A stretch of 64,000 nt of DNA from an uncultured Rivularia sp. (GTDB lineage Bacteria; Cyanobacteriota; Cyanobacteriia; Cyanobacteriales; Nostocaceae): the NCBI GenBank assembly GCA_963665115.1, contig OY762007.1, positions 6,272,001 through 6,336,000 of the forward strand, given 5' to 3'. Numbering within the stretch: the first letter of the stretch is position 1; each line of letters opens with the position of its first letter. Position numbers and translations under genes: made by a program. Below the pieces are notes generated by a model that was not told the DNA's origin, made no database searches, and was given only the letters and a program-made list of their open reading frames with translations. Below, piece by piece: positions 1-8,604 of this stretch.

Positions 1-374
1 AATTTACTTTCATTGATGATATCAATAAGCGAAATGATGCCCATTAATTCTCCTTGAATCACGGGTGCCCTGAGTAAATGATGTTCGGCAAACAACCGCG
101 CCACATATTCTACATCTAAATCGGGATTGACTACTATACAGGGTTTGCTCATAACTTCGTAAACGCGCACTCTGGCTGGATCTTTACCAAGAGCAATTAC
201 TTTGTAAACTATATCTGAAAAGGTGATAATCCCGTAGGCATCTTGGTTGTGACGACGTTCTACAATTAATGCGTGCCAACAAGAGGTTTGCATTAATTTA
301 ACTGCTTCTGCCACAGTTGCGGAACTGCTAATAGTGGCAACATCTGTAGTCATAATGTCTGCTGCTTTTAACAT
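1..374 (-). CDS. CBS-domain pair protein (CBS-CP12-like), 3' end runs off the window
   Basis: Manual translation from ATG 374 (RBS GGAGGTG): MLKAADIMTTDVATISSSATVAEAVKLM...YGIITFSDIVYKV...VYEVMSKPCIVVNPDLDVEYVARLF...RAPVI, two CBS repeats. Not in the ORF track. Confidence 0.85.
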   Translation of the reverse strand, partial: MLKAADIMTTDVATISSSATVAEAVKLMQTSCWHALIVERRHNQDAYGIITFSDIVYKVIALGKDPARVRVYEVMSKPCIVVNPDLDVEYVARLFAEHHLLRAPVIQGELMGIISLIDIINESK

Positions 375-436
375 AATTCACCTCCGTGGCATATAAAATG
401 ATTTCTGAATTTATTTTTATTTATAGAAAATAAATT

Positions 437-485
437 TGAGAAACTTGTGAGGTGGTTTTATCTCGATATGCTCACAAGTTCCTCA
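437..485. promoter_or_regulatory. Divergent pair of CTCACA-box sites (437-451 minus, 471-485 plus) for the CBS gene and pflB
   Basis: CTCACAAGTTTCTCA and CTCACAAGTTCCTCA, each followed 11 nt later by TATAAA or TACAAC. Confidence 0.75.
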
Positions 486-532
486 TCTTTTTTATTTACA
501 ACGGAATTGTAGAAGAATGCAGGAGTAAGTAT

Positions 533-564
533 AATTCGTAATTCGTAATTCGTAATTCGTAATT
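533..564. repeat. STRR heptamer tandem repeat (AATTCGT)n
   Basis: About 4.5 tandem copies. Confidence 0.9.
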
Positions 565-568
565 AGGT

Positions 569-698
569 TAAGTAGGTGGGTGGGAAAATTTATAACTATG
601 TCATTGCGAGTGGAACGGAGTGAAACGAAGCAATCACAAGCACTTCAATAGTTTTACATTCTGTTACATAGTTTTGTTTATTCTAGCCTACCTACTTA
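569..698. mobile_element. MITE-like interspersed repeat in the pflB leader
   Basis: Terminal inverted repeats TAAGTAGGT...ACCTACTTA. The internal GTCATTGCGAGTGGAACG segment recurs, inverted, near 22975-23006. Confidence 0.65.
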
Positions 699-880
699 CA
701 AGCGTCCGATTGAGGACGAGTTATAAACAACTTTTTTAATTAACCGTCCTCTTTTTGAATGCAGGAAGCCGCACATTTTGCTTTTCCAGAAACCCTGGGT
801 ATCGTCGCAATGAGAAAATGTGCATCTGTATAAATTTGACTTATTACTCGGCAATTAAACACTTAGATACCAGAGTCAAA

Positions 881-3110
881 ATGATGGAACAATGGAATGG
901 GTTTCAAACTGGCAAGTGGATGAAGGAAATCAATGTACGTGACTTTATCCAAAAAAACTATAATCCTTACACGGGAGACGATTCTTTTTTAACAGGTGCA
1001 ACCAAAAAAACTCAAACTTTGTGGAATCAGGTAAAAACTCTGATGGAAACAGAGCGGGAAAAAGAAATTTTAGATGTTGATACAGAAGTTGTTTCGACAA
1101 TTACTTCCCATCAACCGGGCTATATTAACCGTGAATTAGAGCAAATTGTCGGTTTACAAACCGATAAACCTCTCAAACGCGCTATTATGGCTTTTGGCGG
1201 TATTCGAGTCGTGAAATCTTCTTTATCAGCTTATGGGTACAAACTAAATCTACAGACAGAAGAGATTTTCACTAAATATCGCAAAAGCCATAACGACGGG
1301 GTTTTTGATGCTTATACCAGCGAAATGCGGTTAGCACGACACTCCGGTATTATCACGGGTTTGCCCGATGCTTATGGTAGAGGTAGAATCATTGGCGATT
1401 ATCGTCGAGTCGCTTTGTACGGTGTTGATAGGCTAATTGACGATAAAAAAGAGCAGCTCGAATCTTTAGAAGTAGATGCAATAGAATCCACTGTAATTCA
1501 ACTCCGGGAAGAAATAAACGAGCAAATAAAAGCTTTGTTCGAGCTTAAGGAAATGGCTGTTAGCTACGGTTTTAATCTTAGTCTTCCTGCTAGCAATGCT
1601 CAAGAAGCAGTACAGTGGCTTTACTTTGGTTATTTAGCAGCAGTCAAAGAACAAAATGGTGCTGCAATGTCTTTAGGAAGAATTTCAACTTTCTTGGATA
1701 TCTATTTTGAACGAGATTTGCAGCAAGGTAAGGTAACAGAAACACAGTTGCAAGAATTCATCGACCATTTTGTAATGAAATTGCGGATGGTGCGTTTCTT
1801 GCGAAACCCCAGAATACAACCAATTATTCTCCGGAGATCCCACTTGGGTAACAGAATGTATCGGTGGTATGGGTGAAGACGGTAGAACTCTTGTGACCAA
1901 AAATAGCTTCCGTATCCTCAATACTCTGTATAATTTGGGAGCAGCACCAGAGCCGAATTTAACTGTACTATGGTCGGAAAGATTGCCAAAAGCTTTCAAG
2001 GAATTTTGTACAAATGTTTCTATCCATACCAGTTCAATTCAGTATGAAAACGATGACTTGATGCGTCCGTATTGGGGTGATGATTACGGAATTGCTTGCT
2101 GTGTATCTGCAATGCGAATTGGTAAGCAAATGCAATTCTTTGGCGCACGGGTTAACCTTGCCAAATGTTTGCTATATGCTATCAATGGCGGTAAAGATGA
2201 AAAATCCGGCGAGCAAATCGCACCAGCTTTTGCACCAATTACCTCAGAATATCTAGACTACGACGAGGTAATCCAAAGATTTGACTTGATGGTGGATTGG
2301 TTAGCAAAAACCTACATCAATATGCTTAACGTCATCCACTATATGCATGATAAATACTGCTACGAACGCATTGAAATGGCGTTACACGACCGCGATGTGT
2401 TCCGGACAATGGCTTGCGGTATGGCTGGTTTATCAGTAGTTGCGGATGCGTTAGCGGCTATTAAATACGCCAAAGTCAAAGTATTGCGCGACGAAACAGG
2501 ACTTGCTGTTGATTATAAAATAGAAGGCGATTTTCCTAAATATGGTAACAACGATGACCGCGCCGATGATATTGCTGCGGGCTTAATTACCGATTTTATG
2601 AACAAACTGCGCCAGCATAAAACCTATCGCAATGCTTTACCAACTCAGTCAATATTAACCATTACCTCAAACGTCGTTTACGGTAAGAAAACAGGTAGTA
2701 CCCCAGACGGGAGAAAAGCTGGAGAACCCTTTGCACCGGGAGCGAACCCCATGCACGGAAGAGATACGAAAGGGGCGATCGCCTCTCTTGCGTCGGTAGC
2801 CAAACTTCCTTACGAATACTCCCAAGACGGTATTTCCAATACTTTCTCTATTGTGCCTAGCGCACTGGGTAAAATTCCAGAAGACAGAATTAACAACTTA
2901 GTGGGAATGCTCGACGGATATTTCCACGATGGAGGACATCATATCAACGTCAATGTTCTAAATCGAGAAATGTTATTAGATGCAATGGAACATCCCGAAG
3001 AATATCCGCAGTTAACTATCAGGGTTTCTGGTTATGCAGTCAATTTCATTAAATTAACCCGAGAACAGCAGCTTGACGTTGTGAAACGGACATTCCACGA
3101 ACGGATGTAA
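881..3110 (+). CDS. pflB: Pyruvate formate-lyase, split by a +1 frameshift near 1803
   Basis: [17 protein letters not shown], active-site IACCVS and C-terminal glycyl-radical [10 protein letters not shown]. Removing one A at GCGAAACCCC restores RTPEY and joins the two ORFs. Confidence 0.95.
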
Positions 3111-3122
3111 ACGCACAAATTA

Positions 3123-3149
3123 TGTAGAGACGTAGCAGTGCTACGTCTC
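3123..3149. repeat. REP-like palindrome TGTAGAGACGTAGCAnTGCTACGTCT (also 5235-5260, 33281-33306, 35297-35323; variant 55621-55646)
   Basis: Near-identical palindromic copies in intergenic regions. Confidence 0.85.
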
Positions 3150-3192
3150 CCTAATCTAGGCATTCACCCAATTATTAATAATTAAAATTATC

Positions 3193-4155
3193 ATGAAAAT
3201 TAAACAACAACACCTCGAAGCTTACCTACAATTAGCTCAACAATTGCTAATTTGTCCTCACGGTGAAGAATGGACATTATTAGAACGCAACGAACAATTG
3301 GTTACTCCTGAGTTTGTAAAAATACTCGAACATCTTGCAGTGCAACTGGCAGGAGAAGGAAAAGCAGAAGCATCCAAATATTTACACCATTGGTCAAAAC
3401 AAATCAGTCACCTATTTGAACAAGCAGTTCATCACCAAAGTAGTGACGAAAAATCCCAAGCTTATCTGCAACTTGTTCAAGCATTGTTAGATTGTCCTAG
3501 CGGTTCGGAAGTAGATATTTTGGCAGCAAACGAAAACTTAATTGATGCGAGTTTAGTCAAAATGATGAAACAAGTCGCGGCTCAAATGGCTAAACGTGAT
3601 GAAGAAGAAGCCGCTCGTTTTTTGAGCAATTTAGCTGCTGAAATTGGTCGCAACTTAGTGCCAGTTGATAACTATAAAGCCAATTTACAGAAAGATGCTT
3701 CTCTGGCTGATTTAGATAAAAACAATAGCTTTGTCAACTTTGAAAAATTTAACCAGCCTTTGGCAATTCCCAAAGAAAAACCAGAAAATGGGATACCACA
3801 AGAAACTACTACACCAAAACCACAAGTAGATGATTCGACGAAGCAGTGGATTGATGAAAGTCTTGCAGAAATAGCAGAATCATTGAAAAATCTTGAAGAC
3901 ATTGTATTTTCAAGACTGCAACCCTCAAATCCACTTTGGTACATGGATATATTAGAACGCGCTCAAACTAATGGTTGGATACTTACTACCGAAGAAGTAG
4001 AAGATTTGATTGGAGTAAAACCTAGATGTGAAGCGGGTAAAAATTCTTATCAACGCGGCTGCTGGGTGTTTGTGAAAGCAGGTAAGATGGGTTCTCAAAC
4101 AGGTTGGAGGGTGATGAAGGAAGAAGTTGAGATGCCAGGGGAAGTATTGGGATAA
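3193..4155 (+). CDS. Hypothetical protein with a duplicated N-terminal helical repeat
   Basis: 320-aa ORF; the repeat AYLQL.Q.LL.CP.G.E..(I/L)L..NE.L occurs twice; directly downstream of pflB. Confidence 0.8.
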   Translation: MKIKQQHLEAYLQLAQQLLICPHGEEWTLLERNEQLVTPEFVKILEHLAVQLAGEGKAEASKYLHHWSKQISHLFEQAVHHQSSDEKSQAYLQLVQALLDCPSGSEVDILAANENLIDASLVKMMKQVAAQMAKRDEEEAARFLSNLAAEIGRNLVPVDNYKANLQKDASLADLDKNNSFVNFEKFNQPLAIPKEKPENGIPQETTTPKPQVDDSTKQWIDESLAEIAESLKNLEDIVFSRLQPSNPLWYMDILERAQTNGWILTTEEVEDLIGVKPRCEAGKNSYQRGCWVFVKAGKMGSQTGWRVMKEEVEMPGEVLG

Positions 4156-4343
4156 TCTACAACAGCCTTCTGTGGGTTCTGGTTCCCAGGCTGAGCCTGG
4201 GAACGCCGGTTCTAGAGGCTCTGCGTCGGGTTATAAGTGGTGGAATATATTAGATAAACGAGTATCAAAGTGCGACTGACTAAAAGCCAATCGCACCAAC
4301 AATTCATTCATAAGCAAACACCAAACTAAACAACTCATCCTGA

Positions 4344-4856
4344 CTAGAATCTATAACCAACTCCTCCTTGAAGGCTAACAGCATCAGCAGAGCTATTTTC
4401 ATAAGCATCGATACCCCATTTCGCATCACCATAAACGATAACGCGATCGCTAACTTCGGATTCTGCACCAAGAGTAATTACAGCAGCATTTCTGTTACCC
4501 AGAGGGGTGTTGTCACCTTCGTCTGTAATCCAGGAATAACCAGCACCGAAGTAAAGGTTAGTATTGTCGGCAATTGGTGTATCAATAGTTAGCATTGGCA
4601 TAATAGCCGCAGCATCACCACCAAATAGAACTGCACCCCTCGCAGACATAGATGCTTCTGGGATTGCATAACGTCCTTGAACGTTACCACCGAATACTTC
4701 ACCATCGTTTCCTTGTCCGCCGCTAGTAACACCTCCTGCAATACCAACACCGATATAACTACCATCCATACCCATCGGTTGAGCAGCAGCAATTCCGCCT
4801 GAAAGAATAACGGAAGTTGCAGCAAATAGGCTAATTGCTACATTAAAAAATCTCAT
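4344..4856 (-). CDS. Small outer-membrane beta-barrel-like protein
   Basis: Signal peptide, alternating beta-strand pattern, C-terminal GVGYRF; RBS GGGAGG. Confidence 0.75.
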   Translation of the reverse strand: MRFFNVAISLFAATSVILSGGIAAAQPMGMDGSYIGVGIAGGVTSGGQGNDGEVFGGNVQGRYAIPEASMSARGAVLFGGDAAAIMPMLTIDTPIADNTNLYFGAGYSWITDEGDNTPLGNRNAAVITLGAESEVSDRVIVYGDAKWGIDAYENSSADAVSLQGGVGYRF

Positions 4857-5008
4857 ACAACCCTCCCGATATAAACTAAGTTAATTCTTAGCTATATCAA
4901 TTCAAAGATTTATGTTGATGTAGGATTTATCTACATTTTCTAGATTCGATAGAAAGGATTATTTGACAACTTCTACTTTCTATCTACTTTTAAGATAACG
5001 AAAAAACT

Positions 5009-5118
5009 TGAAGAACTCGTGAGTATACAAATATTAATCATTAAAAATAACTTCTTATGATAAAGAAAATAAAAAATTGCTTTCTAATTCTTCTTTTTAA
5101 TTGCTCACAACTTCCTCA
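5009..5118. promoter_or_regulatory. Two CTCACA-box promoters (5009-5023 minus; 5104-5118 plus)
   Basis: Boxes followed 11 nt later by TATCTT and TATAAC. Confidence 0.7.
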
Positions 5119-5283
5119 CATTTTTTGCCTATAACTCAAAATGAAAAAGCTGTGTTTCCGACTTCCACATTAGAGAGGTTCAAAGTGGGATGAGTGTTTA
5201 AAAGTTTAGTACCATACTTACTAAAATAAATATATGTAGAGACGTAGCACTGCTACGTCTTTATAATTTAGTCATTGAAACCA

Positions 5284-5509
5284 CTAATCCTCAGCCCATT
5301 CTCCATTTCCCAAAAGGGTCTATAATCCAATCTCTAGGTAAATAATCATTTCTTTCTAACTCGCATTCAAAACAGATCCATTCACGAGGAGAGATAAATC
5401 TACATGCATGGCAGATTGGTTCATTGCAGCGAAGTTTTCCTCTATCAACCAGTTGTCTAATTTCATCTCTGATAGTTTCAATGTTATATGCTTCTATTGT
5501 TGGTAACAT
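5284..5509 (-). CDS. DUF4327-like small cyanobacterial protein, +1 frameshift near 5316
   Basis: IRDEIRQLVDRG...PI...REW...ECELERNDYL.RD.I.D; removing one C on the coding strand gives the typical ending LLGNGEWAED*. Confidence 0.7.
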
Positions 5510-5581
5510 AATTCACTTCCTCTGTATTTCAAAACCTTTATAGTAAACTGATTTCTTTAATTTCATCCTAAAAATTAAATG

Positions 5582-5699
5582 TGAAGAACTTGTGGAGTCT
5601 TAATTAAACTATGTTCAATAATTTGTAAGTGGTATTTTGCAGTAGGTATTGAATATAGCAAAATTAACTAAGGATAATTACTTCTTCACAACTTCCTCA
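5582..5699. promoter_or_regulatory. Two CTCACA-box promoters (5582-5596 minus; 5685-5699 plus)
   Basis: Boxes followed 11 nt later by TAGGAT and TATAAC. Confidence 0.7.
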
Positions 5700-5908
5700 A
5701 ACTTGTAATTTATAACTATAAGTATAAAGATGCTGAGTTAAATTTGATTCAGTACTCTGCTGTAAATAGCAGGTTGAACTTGAAATTATACTTAATAGCA
5801 AAGTCATAGATTCACAATAACATTTGTCAAATTCTCAGTCTATATTTGCTTACAGATACATCCACTATATAAAAATCTGTAGAAGTGATATTGAAAGGAA
5901 GGTGTATT

Positions 5909-7126
5909 ATGACACTCACAAAAAATAAAAATCCACATCTGAAATATAGAAAAACTATCTTTTTTCTGTTATTCGCAACATTTTTAGTTGCGGGTAGTTC
6001 GTTTGGATGGGTTAAATTTCAACAGGAACAAGAAAGAAAAATTATACTAGCTCAGAGTTTACTAATCAAAGAATGCAAAGAGCAAACTGAAGCTGATAAT
6101 TTTTCGGAGACTAGCAAAAATGTAAATCAAGCAGTCAAATTATTGAACGGAATTCCAAAATTACCTGGCTCGACATATCCAGAAGCTCAAAAAGAACTGA
6201 CGAAATTTTCTGGATGCGTCAAAGCTGTTAATGCTAAGAGTAGTTTCCTGAATGCTGGAGACTTGAGTAAGAAAGCTTTTTCTGTAAATAATCAAACCGT
6301 TCTTCCTTTGGAAGAATGGCAAAAAATTCGTTTGAATTTAGAAACAGCAATTGTTGAGATTCAAAACATTCCAACTGATGTTGATGTATCAAAACAGGCT
6401 CAATCCGAACTCACCAAATACCAAAATCAGTTAAAACTCATCAATCAAAAAACCCAAAACGAACAAATTGCTGTTAACGCTTTGAATCGTGCTAGAAAGT
6501 TAAAGTTACAGGCAGAAAATATTGTTCGCTTTAATAACTTAAAGTCTCTGTCGAAAGCAGAATTACAAGTCAAAAATGCCATTCAGCTTATTAACAATCT
6601 TCCAGAGAAAACAACCATATATGAAACCAAAAAAGATTATTTGGAAGGCTATCAAAATCTACTGAATAACATTCAATATAAGATGGCTGTCATTCGGTTA
6701 AATGATTTAGTAGATAGTTTCCGCAAGTTTGCTAAAAAGCTGCATCGTAATATGGGATATATCGAATATTCCGAACGTCTTGAGAATCTTAAGTTAAATT
6801 TCGAGAATACTTTCAAACAACCTTTTGTTATCGAAAATTCCACTACGAAATCTTTAGAGAAGGTACTATCATACTACGATGATGCGTTAATTATTAAACG
6901 CTATTGCTATGAGGGAAACTGTATTCACTCTACTTCGGCTCTATTAGTCAGATATAGATGGAGAGTGTTATGGCTACCTACTTCTTTTAAATTGAATGGT
7001 GTACCAATTACAGAAAAATACGTTTTACGCGCAACCCCTAACATTTTGAAGAGGAAATATGTCAAAGTGAATGACGCTTTGCAAAGGATTTTTCATCAAG
7101 CTGAAGAAGAAATTAAGCAAATATAA
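5909..7126 (+). CDS. Membrane-anchored helical hypothetical protein
   Basis: Long ORF, ATG 5909 after GGAAGGTG, single N-terminal hydrophobic segment. Confidence 0.75.
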   Translation: MTLTKNKNPHLKYRKTIFFLLFATFLVAGSSFGWVKFQQEQERKIILAQSLLIKECKEQTEADNFSETSKNVNQAVKLLNGIPKLPGSTYPEAQKELTKFSGCVKAVNAKSSFLNAGDLSKKAFSVNNQTVLPLEEWQKIRLNLETAIVEIQNIPTDVDVSKQAQSELTKYQNQLKLINQKTQNEQIAVNALNRARKLKLQAENIVRFNNLKSLSKAELQVKNAIQLINNLPEKTTIYETKKDYLEGYQNLLNNIQYKMAVIRLNDLVDSFRKFAKKLHRNMGYIEYSERLENLKLNFENTFKQPFVIENSTTKSLEKVLSYYDDALIIKRYCYEGNCIHSTSALLVRYRWRVLWLPTSFKLNGVPITEKYVLRATPNILKRKYVKVNDALQRIFHQAEEEIKQI

Positions 7127-7141
7127 TAACCCTTGTAAATG

Positions 7142-7181
7142 AAAAATTGCGGATAATTGAGATTAATTATCCGCAATTTTC
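7142..7181. terminator. Bidirectional hairpin terminator between convergent genes
   Basis: AAAATTGCGGATAATT-loop-AATTATCCGCAATTTT perfect stem. Confidence 0.7.
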
Positions 7182-7344
7182 AATCATATTAGTTTACAGC
7201 TAAAAAGCAACCGTTACTCTCTAGAAGAATACCGATTGCTTTTGGTAATTAATGGATTCATATGCCTGGATAATTGTTTAAATTTGATGTATCAGTCTGT
7301 ATTATCCAAGCATTTGCTAACATTCACAGTTAGACAGGATATTT

Positions 7345-7878
7345 CTAATGGTATAGCTTACTTAGAGCGTGCCAAGTCCGAGGACCCACAATTCCATCTT
7401 GAATTAAAGCCATGTCTAATTGGAATTTTCTCACTGCTACTTCTGTGACTGGACCGAAATCACCGTCTATATCAAAGCTATAGTAACCGTGCAATGATAA
7501 GGTTCTTTGAATCATTCTTACATACTTGCCAGTACTACCACGACTAAGAACCGGGATAGGTGGAACCGGAGGAGCGCCGCTATAAAGTGCTTTCCAAGTT
7601 AGCGAACCGACAATACCATCTTCTTCCAGGAAAACACGATGTTGATATGCTTTGACAGCCCATTCAACATATTCGCTGAAGATACCGTCTATAACATCGT
7701 AGTAAAGATCCCAATATCTCAGCAGTTTTTGCAGTTCTTCAACTGCTTCTCCTGTATCCCCTTTTCTCAAAATCGGCTTATTCAACTTCATTGTTGTTTC
7801 CGACATCGAAAAGGTAGGAAGGTTATTTACATCAATAAGATGGTTGTTTTCCAGTTCGTTTCTGTCTTGAAGTTGCAT
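7345..7878 (-). CDS. Peptidoglycan-binding protein with two PG_binding_1 domains
   Basis: Twice L..G..G..V..(L/I)Q..L...DG.F...AV...Q.....DGIVG..TW.AL; probable start 7878 after RBS GAGG. Confidence 0.85.
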   Translation of the reverse strand: MQLQDRNELENNHLIDVNNLPTFSMSETTMKLNKPILRKGDTGEAVEELQKLLRYWDLYYDVIDGIFSEYVEWAVKAYQHRVFLEEDGIVGSLTWKALYSGAPPVPPIPVLSRGSTGKYVRMIQRTLSLHGYYSFDIDGDFGPVTEVAVRKFQLDMALIQDGIVGPRTWHALSKLYH

Positions 7879-8041
7879 AATTTGTTTCCTCTTAATATAT
7901 TTACGAGGGTTTATACTGCGATACAGTTGAGTCATATATGAGTTAATCTAATATATTAAATATTTTAATTAACTCATTCTAGATAAAACATTTAAACCCT
8001 CTAACTAATGTTCTCTATACTTTTAATTTAAACGAAGATTG

Positions 8042-8056
8042 TGAGGAAGTTGTGAG
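8042..8056 (-). promoter_or_regulatory. CTCACA-box upstream of the peptidoglycan-binding gene
   Basis: CTCACAACTTCCTCA, 11 nt, TAAATT. Confidence 0.7.
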
Positions 8057-8511
8057 CAAGCTAATATCTTTCTAAATAGATTATTTTGTTTGTAATTATG
8101 TGTTCTCGCGCACAATTCATGTATATTAATTCTTGATTCATCGATTCTTACAAGCTTGGCAATACTTGTAGTCTGCTGTTTTTTGCTAAAGTATTGATTT
8201 AGTTAATCACTCTTAAGTTCACCAGATGACTTGTAATACAATACTTTTATTATTTTTATTTTATAATTTAATATTAACTTAATTTTTGCAGACAATAAAT
8301 ATTATATTTATACAGTCTGTTTTGAGAAAACGCAATTTTAATATTGTTTATTTGTAAAAAAATAATTATATAATATCTATATTCTTATCTTGAGATAATA
8401 GCAATAATCAAATTATTCATATAAACAATTCAAAAATTATTTGCCAATTTATCTTTAATCCCGAAGATTGTTAAAAAAAATAAACTAATCATTATTTTAG
8501 AACCAAAAAAA

Positions 8512-8543
8512 CTCACAAAATCCTCAATATTTTTGAGTATTTT
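8512..8543 (+). promoter_or_regulatory. CTCACA-box and -10 upstream of the P-type ATPase
   Basis: CTCACAAAATCCTCA, 11 nt, TATTTT. Confidence 0.65.
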
Positions 8544-8604
8544 TAAAATATATATACTTATCATTCTTAAATCCAGTTATTCATTGAGAATATAGTAATG
8601 GACT

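Noticed and set aside
1800..1876. Naturally split or programmed-frameshift PFL
   Set aside because: Same +1 homopolymer signature as nine other genes, so an assembly error is simpler
1685..1999. Short antisense ORFs within large genes (this one and similar)
   Set aside because: Shadow ORFs of well-supported opposite-strand CDSs
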